Origin: a virus
Length of the DNA: 64,000 nt
Virus record (IMG/VR): IMGVR_UViG_3300045988_176633
Reading direction: 5' to 3' (one strand)
The translations under genes and the position numbers were made by a program. Positions within the stretch are counted from its first letter, which is position 1. Every line of letters starts with the position of its first letter. The notes under the pieces were generated by a model. It saw only the letters and a program-made list of their open reading frames with translations. It searched no databases and was not told the origin of the DNA. This document shows positions 1-9,700 of this stretch, in pieces.

Positions 1-111
1 CTCCGATTTGTCCATAAACACTAGGGATTAAGGGGTTCTTTGTTTCCATCTTTCTCAATATTTGCGATAAAAATAGACAAAAAAAAAACAAAATCAACGA
101 GATTGAAACAA

Positions 112-519
112 TTAAATTTCACTAACTTCAAATAATAAAGGAAGATCGTCAAGTTTTGCAATGACACAAGGCTCTTTGTCGTTGTCATTATCATTGCAAT
201 TTGCAAAGATAACACGACAACCTTCTTTAAAGATCCTAAAGGTCAAGACATGATGTTTTGTTTCAATCGCTTGAAAACGATTATCAACTCCACATTCTTG
301 TGTTAAACGTTGATAAGAAGTCTCATTGAGGTTCAAACCAACATAAAAGATTATAATCTCTTCTCTTTTTGAAGATTCTAAGAAGTTGACAATTTTAGTC
401 GCTTCCATTGAAGTGAAATTCTTTGTATTCACTTCGTCGTTTAATGTGATACATGCACATTTACTTAGTAAGATCTTATAGATCTCATCTCTTTTTTTCT
501 TAATTTCTTCGTTTGTCAT
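112..519 (-). CDS. hypothetical protein
   Basis: Track ORF 112..561. The ATG at 519 (MTNEEIKKKRDE...) is preferred because it shortens the overlap with the upstream ORF. No recognisable motif. Confidence 0.4.
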   Translation of the reverse strand: MTNEEIKKKRDEIYKILLSKCACITLNDEVNTKNFTSMEATKIVNFLESSKREEIIIFYVGLNLNETSYQRLTQECGVDNRFQAIETKHHVLTFRIFKEGCRVIFANCNDNDNDKEPCVIAKLDDLPLLFEVSEI

Positions 520-718
520 GATTAAAAATAATTGTTGAAGATAGAGGAGCACTAAAAGCAATATTTCTTTCGTTGTTAATTTGATCGTCTCGTTCTATGA
601 TAAAAAATCGATTATATTTTTCGTCGATCTCATAGTAATATGATTGATCGTAACTAAATGCAGAATGACCTTCAATTTGAACTATAATTTCAGTCCTTTT
701 AATAATTATTCTTATCAT
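500..718 (-). CDS. hypothetical protein (72 aa)
   Basis: ATG-initiated ORF in the co-directional gene array. No motif. Confidence 0.4.
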   Translation of the reverse strand: MIRIIIKRTEIIVQIEGHSAFSYDQSYYYEIDEKYNRFFIIERDDQINNERNIAFSAPLSSTIIFNHDKRRN

Positions 719-721
719 CTT

Positions 722-1039
722 TCAATTAACTTTCTTAATATTATCTAGTTCCCAACTATCACCCTTTTTTACCCAAAGACATTCTACAGAAAAATCTTTT
801 TTGTTATTTGCAGGATCTATAGCTGCTATAAATTGACGATTCTTCATTGTCTCCGCCAAAGTGTCTTTACTGAAAAGTAAATATTCTTCTCTACTGATTT
901 CAATAAAGTGTGTACTTAAATTACAAAAAAGAGGAATAGAACTACATTTTTCATCAAATACACATTCATGACAACCATGGAATTTTGATTGTACTTCTTT
1001 GTAGAAACAACCATCTATTTCAAATACCTCTCCAATCAT
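722..1039 (-). CDS. hypothetical Cys/His-rich protein
   Basis: The track start at 1069 is a TTG. The ATG at 1039 overlaps the upstream stop as ATGA. Contains HGCHECVFDEKC. Confidence 0.45.
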   Translation of the reverse strand: MIGEVFEIDGCFYKEVQSKFHGCHECVFDEKCSSIPLFCNLSTHFIEISREEYLLFSKDTLAETMKNRQFIAAIDPANNKKDFSVECLWVKKGDSWELDNIKKVN

Positions 1040-1305
1040 AATTTCATAATATAAATAGGTTCGATACAATCAGTACAAGTACTGATCCAAAATTTAGGAT
1101 CTATCTTCCTCCCTTTTTTCACAATGATCATATCATCATTATGAATACATTCGTTAATCAGGTCTAATACATCTTGACTAAAATCTTCTTTCACACGAGA
1201 TTTATTAACCAGACCAAATTTACAATATCCTAGTTTATAAATCTCACAATCATTAGAACATCCTATAGGATGTGGTGAGTCTAATTTCTTTAATTCGTAT
1301 TCCAT
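1036..1305 (-). CDS. hypothetical Cys-rich small protein
   Basis: ATG ORF with several Cys pairs (CSNDCEIYKLGYC). No family recognised. Confidence 0.45.
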   Translation of the reverse strand: MEYELKKLDSPHPIGCSNDCEIYKLGYCKFGLVNKSRVKEDFSQDVLDLINECIHNDDMIIVKKGRKIDPKFWISTCTDCIEPIYIMKL

Positions 1306-1405
1306 ATTATTTTAATTTAAACCATTTACTTCTGTTAGTCTTAGCAAAAAGCCTTTTTTCGATCATCTTCATAGCTAATTCATCATTCTTCGAAATTGGG
1401 CGTTT

Positions 1406-3229
1406 CTACTTGTTTTTATACTTCCACCAATCAATAAGCTCACCTATTATTTTTTCATAAGATAAGCCTTCTTTCGGTTTTAAACCTTCTTTTTGACACC
1501 TTCCAACTAACATAAGATAGAAAGCATCTTCTTGATCTTGTTCTTCTAATAAACACTTCCTCAACTTTTTTAAAATTGGAAGGTATTCTAGATAATTAGG
1601 ACGATCAATCCTACTATTGAGATAAAATTCAATATCATCAAGATTGAGTTGATCGTAATTAATGACCGTCGATTCATCTCTACTAAATTTAAAAAATAAA
1701 CTGTTCTTTCTTTCGTGACTACCATTCCAATCCCATCGAGGATCGTCTGGAATATATCTAATTCCTAATTGTTCTCTCTTTTCTTCTATTCGTTTATGTT
1801 CTTTCCAATATATATCGTTAATGAATGTCTTGTAGACCATATATACACCTTCACCTGGAAAAGTTGGAAGACTCCATTCAGAATAAGATCTCAAGAATCT
1901 ATTCTCATACAACCTTTCTTTAGCAGGTTTCCAATCTTCGACACTTCTACAATAAACGATTCTACTACCTTCTTCAATGGTAGAGTTGATCATCTTTTTC
2001 CACTCAGCAAAAGGTAATCTATTAGTAGGAAGACACAATTCATCGTCATAAATCAACCTTAATGTTTCCTGGGATTGTTCGATATTATTCATGAGGTTGA
2101 TCTTTTCTTTCATTGGAGAAAATATATCTGTACGATCAATTAATCCTTGGATGAAGAAAACGATCCTTTGATAGTAATAGGTGAGATCTTGTATTTTTTC
2201 TTTATCAAAGAAATTCACTTCATTATCTTCGATCTTCATTTTGTCCAAAATCTCTTGAAACTCTTTCTTTCTAGGAAAGAGTCTTTCTGGTACTGTCATT
2301 TTATCAGTATAAACCCTATATAAATTCTCTCCATTCCTCATTAGGAAGTAAGGCATTTTATTCCGTATATCAATTTCTTCCTTACGTCTATCGGCGTCAT
2401 AATAGGTTTTGTTTTTTCGTCTTGGTTTGAATACTACGATTGCTTTCTTCTCTGGTATTAAGATTTCATAATGTTTATCTTTTAGAAGCCATTCGTCGAA
2501 TTGATCAATTTGGGTCCAATCAAGACCTTGATCATCAAGAATACCAACTTCTTCATCCATAAACAATACTTTTTGTCTCAAAGTTAAAGGTTCGTTTTCA
2601 TCTGCTGTTTGACCAGCTTGTAATTGAAAGAGTTCTTCTTCAATCCCTAGATAAAGTTCTATCACACGTATGACTCTCATGATCTTTTCTACTTGTCTCA
2701 TCATGATACTTAATTGATTGTCAAGTTTCCGTCTCATGATGTCAAACTTCTCTTTCATTTCACACAATTGAAAATTAAGCATCTTTTGTAATTGTGTGGT
2801 CTTTGATTGTAAGATTTCGATAGAATCTTTCATAGCCAAGAGATTTTCTTTTGAGTTCATAGCTACAAGTTCAGTACTAGCTTCAAAAGAACTTGAAACC
2901 TCATAATCTTGGATACCGTTTATTTGAGCATCTAAACCTCTTTTATAAAGATCATCTAAATTTGCAATAGGGGAGTTTAATGAATAATAGTTATTTAGCT
3001 CTTTCAAACTAGAATGATAAGGATCAGTCCATTTGTTCTCTACAAATGAAACAAGTCTCTTATATGAAACTAAAAGATATTTTGTAGAAGGATCGTCTTT
3101 TCGATATTGTTTTTCCTCAATTTCTTGGATTCGAATGATCTCTTCACCTCTCTTGTCAAAGAAAAGATCTCCAACTTTGATCCCTTCTTTAACCTCTTGA
3201 AGTCTATCTCGTTTCAATTGTAGTTCCAT
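1406..3229 (-). CDS. hypothetical large protein (607 aa) with a central coiled-coil-like segment
   Basis: Long uninterrupted ORF. Heptad-like region around LQSKTTQLQKMLNFQLCEMKEKFDIMRRKLDNQL. No catalytic motif recognised. Confidence 0.6.
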   Translation of the reverse strand: MELQLKRDRLQEVKEGIKVGDLFFDKRGEEIIRIQEIEEKQYRKDDPSTKYLLVSYKRLVSFVENKWTDPYHSSLKELNNYYSLNSPIANLDDLYKRGLDAQINGIQDYEVSSSFEASTELVAMNSKENLLAMKDSIEILQSKTTQLQKMLNFQLCEMKEKFDIMRRKLDNQLSIMMRQVEKIMRVIRVIELYLGIEEELFQLQAGQTADENEPLTLRQKVLFMDEEVGILDDQGLDWTQIDQFDEWLLKDKHYEILIPEKKAIVVFKPRRKNKTYYDADRRKEEIDIRNKMPYFLMRNGENLYRVYTDKMTVPERLFPRKKEFQEILDKMKIEDNEVNFFDKEKIQDLTYYYQRIVFFIQGLIDRTDIFSPMKEKINLMNNIEQSQETLRLIYDDELCLPTNRLPFAEWKKMINSTIEEGSRIVYCRSVEDWKPAKERLYENRFLRSYSEWSLPTFPGEGVYMVYKTFINDIYWKEHKRIEEKREQLGIRYIPDDPRWDWNGSHERKNSLFFKFSRDESTVINYDQLNLDDIEFYLNSRIDRPNYLEYLPILKKLRKCLLEEQDQEDAFYLMLVGRCQKEGLKPKEGLSYEKIIGELIDWWKYKNK

Positions 3230-3238
3230 GTGTATAAT

Positions 3239-3514
3239 TTAATTTGACCTTTTACTATATTTTAATAACTTCCTCCAAAAGAACTCATCGTGACTCAATC
3301 TAAACACTTCTGGATTCAAGAGCAACTCTCCATCTGTAGATGTGTAGAGTTCGTCGTTTAAATAAAAGTCCACTTTACTACCAAAATGATAAAATTCCAA
3401 CTTATACGTAAGGTTATTTCCACGAAGAGATTTACTCTTTTTTATAAGAGTGCATTGGCTCTTCCACCAAAGATCGTAATCTTCTTTTATATTCCAATTT
3501 GTCAACTTTGCCAT
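3239..3514 (-). CDS. hypothetical protein (91 aa)
   Basis: ATG ORF about 12 nt downstream of conserved element A. Confidence 0.45.
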   Translation of the reverse strand: MAKLTNWNIKEDYDLWWKSQCTLIKKSKSLRGNNLTYKLEFYHFGSKVDFYLNDELYTSTDGELLLNPEVFRLSHDEFFWRKLLKYSKRSN

Positions 3515-3526
3515 GATATTGTTTCT

Positions 3527-3571
3527 TTAATTATACCATAAAGGTCCGACCTTTATTTCAATGGAGCAACT
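3527..3571 (-). repeat. copy A of a ~45-nt conserved element (second copy at 38065..38110)
   Basis: On the - strand it reads GTTGCTCCATTGAAATAAAGGTCgGACCTTTAtggtaTAATTAAA. A 31-nt core matches copy B with one mismatch. It ends about 12 nt before the ATG at 3514. Confidence 0.7.
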
Positions 3572-3847
3572 TTTTACAAGATTTTCTTCTTGGATAGGCA
3601 AGTTTTCTAGTTCAGTAGTATTTATCTTTGTAGATATGTGTTTTTCAATCCTATAATAACCCCTTGATTCTCTAGAGATGAAGCCAGCACACATCAACCA
3701 TCTTATTAATTTCCTGATTGTCGCCTCAGTCAACCCAACTTCCATATAGTAAAGATCAGGGATCTCAAAATGAACCCCAACCCTCTTATTCATCCAATCC
3801 CTGATGAGATCGAAACCACTGGCTTCGCCTTTAGCTACTCTTCCCAT
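3527..3847 (-). CDS. winged-helix DNA-binding protein (putative regulator)
   Basis: HTH-plus-wing-like segment LTEATIRKLIRWLMCAGFISRESRGYYRI. Confidence 0.5.
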   Translation of the reverse strand: MGRVAKGEASGFDLIRDWMNKRVGVHFEIPDLYYMEVGLTEATIRKLIRWLMCAGFISRESRGYYRIEKHISTKINTTELENLPIQEENLVKSCSIEIKVGPLWYN

Positions 3848-3866
3848 AATTCCTCTTATTTAATCG

Positions 3867-4313
3867 TCATTTGTTTAAAATCAAATCTTCTATCAATGTC
3901 TTTGAGACTACACGTACTACACTATCCAACCTGAAACACCAATCATCCATAATTTTTTTAGCTCTTTCACCAGCATGACCATTATCATATGCCTCTACTA
4001 ATATACTTCTCTTATAAGATTTTATCTTACCATTTGATGTTTCGTCGAAATAATTACAATCACACTTGAAGAAAAATTTCTCTTTCCTTGTTTCTTCACT
4101 TAACAAGTACAAACCATCAATCTTTAAAAGATCTATAGGAAGTATATCAATATTGTTAGTTGTCAAATTGATACCCCATTTTGTAGCAAGAGCTTCAGCT
4201 TCTGTATAATTGACAGCTTCGATCAATACATGTCTGTGATAATTTTTCATTTTACCAGGACGAGGATCTTCTTCATCTTCGTCCCAATAATTTATTGTAC
4301 AATCAAAATACAT
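3867..4313 (-). CDS. hypothetical protein with an internal two-fold repeat
   Basis: RHVLIEAVNYTEAEALATKW and RSILVEAYDNGHAGERAKKIMDDW mark two similar halves. Confidence 0.5.
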   Translation of the reverse strand: MYFDCTINYWDEDEEDPRPGKMKNYHRHVLIEAVNYTEAEALATKWGINLTTNNIDILPIDLLKIDGLYLLSEETRKEKFFFKCDCNYFDETSNGKIKSYKRSILVEAYDNGHAGERAKKIMDDWCFRLDSVVRVVSKTLIEDLILNK

Positions 4314-4399
4314 TATACTAACTCCTCTTCTATTTCATTAATACATTCGTAAGTTTCAATTCCCATCTCTTTTATATCTCTTTCTTTTGATGTTGTAAA

Positions 4400-4425
4400 G
4401 GTCCGACTAAATATTTAGTCGGACC
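4400..4425 (-). terminator. perfect 26-nt palindrome / stem-loop downstream of the dpdA-like gene
   Basis: ggtccgactaaat|atttagtcggacc is GC-rich arms in AT-rich DNA, 5 nt after the stop at 4431. The U-tract is weak. Confidence 0.4.
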
Positions 4426-4430
4426 AACAG

Positions 4431-5210
4431 TTAATGACAACATTTTTTCAAAAAAGATATATTTTTCTTTGCAAGTTCAATCTGTTTATCTGTCATACTA
4501 AGCTCAAAGTAATCCTTTGGAGTAGGATATCTTACGAATGGATCGTTTTCAAGGTCTAAATCATTGATTGCAGCTAAAATAGGATAGCAACTATCAGTTG
4601 ATCTCATATTCGAGAATCCTTTGTACATAAGAAACTCTCGACAATCACTCATACCTAAGCAATGATAGTTCTTTTTATAGATCAAAGGATACTTTTGTAA
4701 CTCATATACCATTATAATACGTGCGATATCGATATCACTATCCTTTTTCTTTATACCATATACATAAGGTATCGTCTTCTTCGATAAACCAATTGTCGTG
4801 ATTTCTTTAAACGTAGACATGGCAAACAACAATGATTTGTACTCTGAAACTGTCTGAGCTTGAGGACAAGCAAAGATACCTACACCTTCCATATTAGTTT
4901 TTTTCATCTTATTGATGAACCAAACTAGGTTTGAAACTGTTATACTTGAGTTATACAACTCATCTGTTGGAATCACTTCATTAGGAAGGATCTCCTGTGT
5001 TAACTCGAATAACTCCTCTTTTTGAATGATTTCACCTTCATCTCCAGCACCGTTGTCAAGTATCAAGAATCTACCTTGTTCTTTTGCCTTTTTAGTGTAC
5101 TCACGATATTCTGGATATTTTTTATACAATTGTGCTAAGATGTAGAAATTGTTGTCTCCTAATTCGCTCAATTCTAGGTAATTAAGAGGCGGTGTTACAA
5201 ATACTTCCAT
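4431..5210 (-). CDS. dpdA: DpdA-like DNA-guanine transglycosylase (TGT-family TIM barrel)
   Basis: LILDNGAGDEG resembles the TGT DSGG(F/Y)Q loop. HCLGMSDCRE resembles LMGVGxPxD. MRSTDSCYPILAA resembles FDCVxPTRxA. No Zn-site CxCxxC. Co-occurs with folE/queD/queE in the window. Confidence 0.55.
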   Translation of the reverse strand: MEVFVTPPLNYLELSELGDNNFYILAQLYKKYPEYREYTKKAKEQGRFLILDNGAGDEGEIIQKEELFELTQEILPNEVIPTDELYNSSITVSNLVWFINKMKKTNMEGVGIFACPQAQTVSEYKSLLFAMSTFKEITTIGLSKKTIPYVYGIKKKDSDIDIARIIMVYELQKYPLIYKKNYHCLGMSDCREFLMYKGFSNMRSTDSCYPILAAINDLDLENDPFVRYPTPKDYFELSMTDKQIELAKKNISFLKKCCH

Positions 5211-5211
5211 A

Positions 5212-6123
5212 TCAAACTATTTTTAAATTTTCATAATTGTCAATCAAAAATAAAATGAGTTCATCTAAACCAAGTTTTCTCTCCTGAAGTTCAACTTGTG
5301 TAAACGACAACAACTTATCTTTGTCAGCATTTCTTTTATCAAAACGTTCTCTTCTCTCTGTTGTCGTTGAATTTAGAAGGATCCTATCAATATTGATCAT
5401 ATACGGACCAAAAAATTTTTCAAAAGCTAAAAACAAACTTTTCTGTCTGATCCCCACGATATATACCGTATCTATCTCTGGATTAGATTCCAATTTTTTA
5501 ATGATAAAATTAAATATCGCTTGATCTAATGATTCTTGAAAGATCCTCTCTTCTTGTTTTTTCAAGATCCTCACCACTTCACCAATCTCAAATATGAAGG
5601 CTTTTTGGTTGAGTTTTTGAGAAGTCAGATCTTTGATTAAATTGTCAACGTAAGTTGTCTTGCCAGAACAAACCCTACCGAATACATAAGTCACATTCTT
5701 GATATTAGAAGGAAATTTTAACTTTTCTTCTTTTTTGTATTCAATATCGTCGTCACAATAACATTCTCCATCTTCAAGAGAGACTAAAGCATAATTTTCA
5801 TCATCTTCACTGACTTTCACACTATCAGCATGAAAAACAATCATCAAATCTTTAGCGATCATTTCGCAAGACATCTTGCGAAAATCCAATGCATTGAGTT
5901 CTTCTTGATAATATTTCGAGTGTAAATATTTAATCACTTCTCTTTTCAATAGAATGAATTCCTTATCTCTATTGTCATGTTTCACAGAGACTCTTACTTC
6001 GATATGAAACATATGTCTATGAGGGTACTCCAAGAACTTCACCGACAGACCATGTTTCTCGCTTGCATCTAAATAATAATGTACCCCTTCTACACTCAAC
6101 TTAACCCCTATAATCGTTTTCAT
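5212..6123 (-). CDS. fusion protein: QueD/PTPS-like T-fold domain plus a P-loop kinase-like domain
   Basis: N-terminal YPHRHMFHIEVRVSV resembles the QueD CxxxHGHxF(x)V motif but lacks the Cys. C-terminal Walker A is GRVCSGKTT. The ATG at 6123 is preferred over the track start at 6174, which overlaps the upstream gene. Confidence 0.5.
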   Translation of the reverse strand: MKTIIGVKLSVEGVHYYLDASEKHGLSVKFLEYPHRHMFHIEVRVSVKHDNRDKEFILLKREVIKYLHSKYYQEELNALDFRKMSCEMIAKDLMIVFHADSVKVSEDDENYALVSLEDGECYCDDDIEYKKEEKLKFPSNIKNVTYVFGRVCSGKTTYVDNLIKDLTSQKLNQKAFIFEIGEVVRILKKQEERIFQESLDQAIFNFIIKKLESNPEIDTVYIVGIRQKSLFLAFEKFFGPYMINIDRILLNSTTTERRERFDKRNADKDKLLSFTQVELQERKLGLDELILFLIDNYENLKIV

Positions 6124-6127
6124 GTTT

Positions 6128-6403
6128 TTAATTTTTAAATATAAAATCCTGGATATGACTCTTCTCTTCTTCAATAGAGATCTTAGGAAATTCTTCTTTC
6201 TTTAGAAGAAGTTTACGCATTCTTATACTGCGTATTGACCGAAATAATTCTTTAGGATTTACATCGTTAATATCAGTAACCGAATGTTCTCCTAGCTCTT
6301 GAAGAGCTTCTTCAATCGTTTCCAACGCTTCTTGTTCGTTACTATTTACATAGTCTTCGATAAACTCACGTAACGAAAGGCTTTTAATCTTTTTAATTTC
6401 CAT
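6128..6403 (-). CDS. hypothetical protein (91 aa)
   Basis: ATG ORF. No motif. Confidence 0.45.
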   Translation of the reverse strand: MEIKKIKSLSLREFIEDYVNSNEQEALETIEEALQELGEHSVTDINDVNPKELFRSIRSIRMRKLLLKKEEFPKISIEEEKSHIQDFIFKN

Positions 6404-6407
6404 AATC

Positions 6408-6638
6408 TTAATAAGTTATTTTAAACCTGTTTTTAGCTCTTTCTTTCGAAATACCATACATCCTACAATAATCTTTCTTTTTCTTTTGAAGGATCGGGAA
6501 CGAACCTTCTGCAAGAACTTTTCCATCAAGTAATAATTTCCCGATCTTCTCTCCTCGAATGTTTGGATCTTTCTTCTTTATTGGAAGATCCCATTGATTC
6601 TTGTGATATACGAATCTCTTTAACTCTTCTTCCATCAT
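6408..6638 (-). CDS. hypothetical basic protein (76 aa)
   Basis: ATG ORF downstream of palindromic motif 1. Confidence 0.45.
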   Translation of the reverse strand: MMEEELKRFVYHKNQWDLPIKKKDPNIRGEKIGKLLLDGKVLAEGSFPILQKKKKDYCRMYGISKERAKNRFKITY

Positions 6639-6736
6639 TTCGAATTTTTGTGATCATAAATTGTATCTCTCCTATTTTCAAATCTTCTATATTAAACATT
6701 TATTTCTTTGATATAAAGATAGTTCTAATTTTAGAA

Positions 6737-6755
6737 AGATACAAACATTGTATCT
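6737..6755 (-). promoter_or_regulatory. palindromic intergenic motif, copy 1
   Basis: agatacaa-aca-ttgtatct. On the - strand it reads AGATACAATGTTTGTATCTTTC. Lies in the gap after nrdJ. Confidence 0.45.
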
Positions 6756-6791
6756 AAAATTAGAGCTACCACTGATTAATAATGAACCTAT

Positions 6792-9700
6792 TTAAATACT
6801 ACATTTTCCACCCATACATGCAGTAGCTACATCACTACCTGCATCTCTAATCTCATGTTCCCATCTAATAGATTGCCACTCGATTGATTCTTTGTTCTTA
6901 ATTTTTTGCCAAGTGTGAAAAATATTTACATGTTTTAAACAATTAGCACACAACTGTTCATTTCCATTGAAATAATTGATGGCAAATTTTTTAAACCTTC
7001 TTACCCAGTCTTTTCTCATATCGACTTTATGTTGCAAATAAGAAGAAATAGTGTTTACATCGCTTATATGAATACCATCTATATTCACTAGGAGTTTACC
7101 ATTCTCAAGATGTTTCTTGATAAAAGCTAGAAGGTACTCATCTGAAAACACCAAGAGATTGTCTGCACGTCCTTGTGCTGCATTACATGCAGTCCATATA
7201 TCTCCAAATACTTGTAATCCATCTACAATCAGACCAGACGAAAGAATAGCACCTTGACCATAAGTCTCAGCTAACTCTTTTTCATTTAAATAAGAGGTGT
7301 ATGGTGCTTGTGGATAATCTAAGTCACCGCTTTCTGGTAAAAAACTCAAACCACAGAATCCTTTCTTGTGATCCCATATCCAATCAGCGACTTTCTCCCA
7401 TTCGTCATCCTTAACAGAGACAGTGCAACTTACATTCATACGAATCTTAGGATTCTTTTTCGTAGAAGGATGATCCCAATTTGTACCATTCTCTATCCAA
7501 TTCATTTTAGTGGAATAGATTCTTTTTAAGAAATCTATTGTAGAGAAATCTACTCGTACCATTGTATTCTCATCTAGTTCCACAGGAAAAGAGATTACAC
7601 TTTCATTCTTGGGATTCCAAAATGATTTAGAGATTATTTCTGGATGAACCTTTTGAATCTCTTGAAGAGCTTGTTCGTTGTTGTTTGCTTGTATATTCCT
7701 GATATATTTCCGGAAATGATAGGCATGTATGCCAGATCCACAACCAAGTAATTGTGATGCATTGCCAGATGGTTTTATGACAGTTGTCCTAGCTGCTGGA
7801 TTGATTCCAATGATATCCGCTACTAATTGATTAGTCTTCTTAACTATTTCTGCACCATTTCTCTGAATAGTCTCGTTAAATAATATCGTAGGATTGTCTG
7901 CCATTCCTGTAATACCAACTCCAATCAAAGCATCTCTCTCAGCGATCTTCTTAGAAGTATTTGTCAAAACAGGGAAATCTGTATATGCTGCCTGAAATGT
8001 GCCTAATATAGCTGCTGCTTCACACGCTTTATAAAACTCTTCCTCTGTTTTAATACGTGCACCATTAATTTCACAAAGATTACAATAACCCCAACCATAT
8101 TCAATACTTCCATCTTCGTTCTCATATTTAGGGATCATCGATACCTCGCAATTGTGAACAACTACTCCTTCACTGTATAAGTAATTTTCTTCGCCTTTTG
8201 TGATAATTATGAAATTATGTTCTGGAGCTTCTACCGATATATCAAAGACTTCTTTTTCTTCTGTTAATGAAATAATATCAATTACACTAACATCGTCTTT
8301 TAAATAAGATTTATCTTCGATTGACTTTTCTACAATCTCTCTATGATCTATATGCTCTTGATATTCTTCAATCCCTAAAACAATCTTTTTAAATTTAGAC
8401 CAGGAACCATCGAATCTATTCTTTGAAAAATTCAAAGGAAAACGAGAATCTAATTCTATGCAATTCTTGCGAGTCAAAAGTAAACCCGAAGAAAGCACCT
8501 TCTTTCCTATCTCAATCAAATCCTTATTAGATAATCCCTTGAAATTATTATTTTTTTCAAGAGTTCCATTGATAGAACTGTTCAACTTCCTTCTTACTCT
8601 TTCTTCTTCTGTGAGTTTTTCAATTTGATTAGGATTATTGATTCCTTTACGTCTCTCAGAAGTCTTATTTAAATGATCTTCTCTTGATAAAAGTTGAAGA
8701 TTATCAATGAAATCTCCTCCATCATCATCGATATGATCGATTTCATAACCCTCTGGTTTTTGTCCATTCAAAAATTCCCATAACATTCTGTATTGTCTTG
8801 CGTGTCCATCTGAAAAACTATTGATCGTCCTGTATTTGACACTTTTTGTCGTAAAGAATTTTGACAACGTCAATCCTAGACTATCTTTCGCTTCAACCCA
8901 CCTTCCATCTTTAGTTAAAAGGTTGTGATCTTCTGTACATTCAAAACTACTTCCGTTAGAAAGAATTACTTTTATTGTTTTCTTGAAACCTCTTGAAAAA
9001 GCAATACCATTTGTGATCTTTATTTTTCCACTTTTGCTTTTATAAAAAAGTGGAAAAGGTTCATCTTCTTCTGAAAGCTCTTTTATACTTACAGCGTTTC
9101 TCCCGTCTGCTACAGCAACTAAAGTGTCTCCACTGAAACAACAAGGATTAAGCACTTGATCAGGATGAGAAAGGAAGATTATACCTGGCTCACCATATTC
9201 TTTAACATATTTCATGATCTTCAAATATTCCTCCTTTGGAGTGTCTTCAAAAATCACAGCAGAGTTGTTACATCGACATAACTCAGGATACATCTGAAAC
9301 CAATTCCCAGTCTTACAAGAGAGCATTTCAATATCATCGATATCAAACAAAGCAATCATTGCACTTCTTCTAATGCCACCACTAATTACTGCATCAGCTA
9401 TAATACATGTAATATAATGCAACTCAAAAGGTCTTAACTTTCTATTATTTACTTTATCTAAGATTGCCTTTATTTTAGAGTGACACACTTTTAACGGTTC
9501 TGGACCTGGTGCTTTAAAACCACCAGATATAAACGAACCTTCTGGTCTTATCTGTGAATAATCAAATTCAATGACAGGAAGGTTGTAGTAATAGTGTTCG
9601 ATTAACATACCAACTGATCGTGCCCATCCTTCAATAGAATCAGGTATTTCAAACACAACTTTTTTAGAAGAGTCTACACCTTTCATTACCGGAAGTTGTT

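Noticed and set aside
79-88. A10 homopolymer near the left end
   Set aside because: It is a single short tract in AT-rich intergenic DNA, with no associated ORF whose frame it could switch.
1-215. Track ORF 21..215(-) and an alternative frame open from the ATG at 49 to the left edge (METKNPLIPSVYGQIG)
   Set aside because: The first is a low-complexity ORF overlapping the 3' end of 112..519. The second gives only 16 codons inside the window. Neither can be supported.
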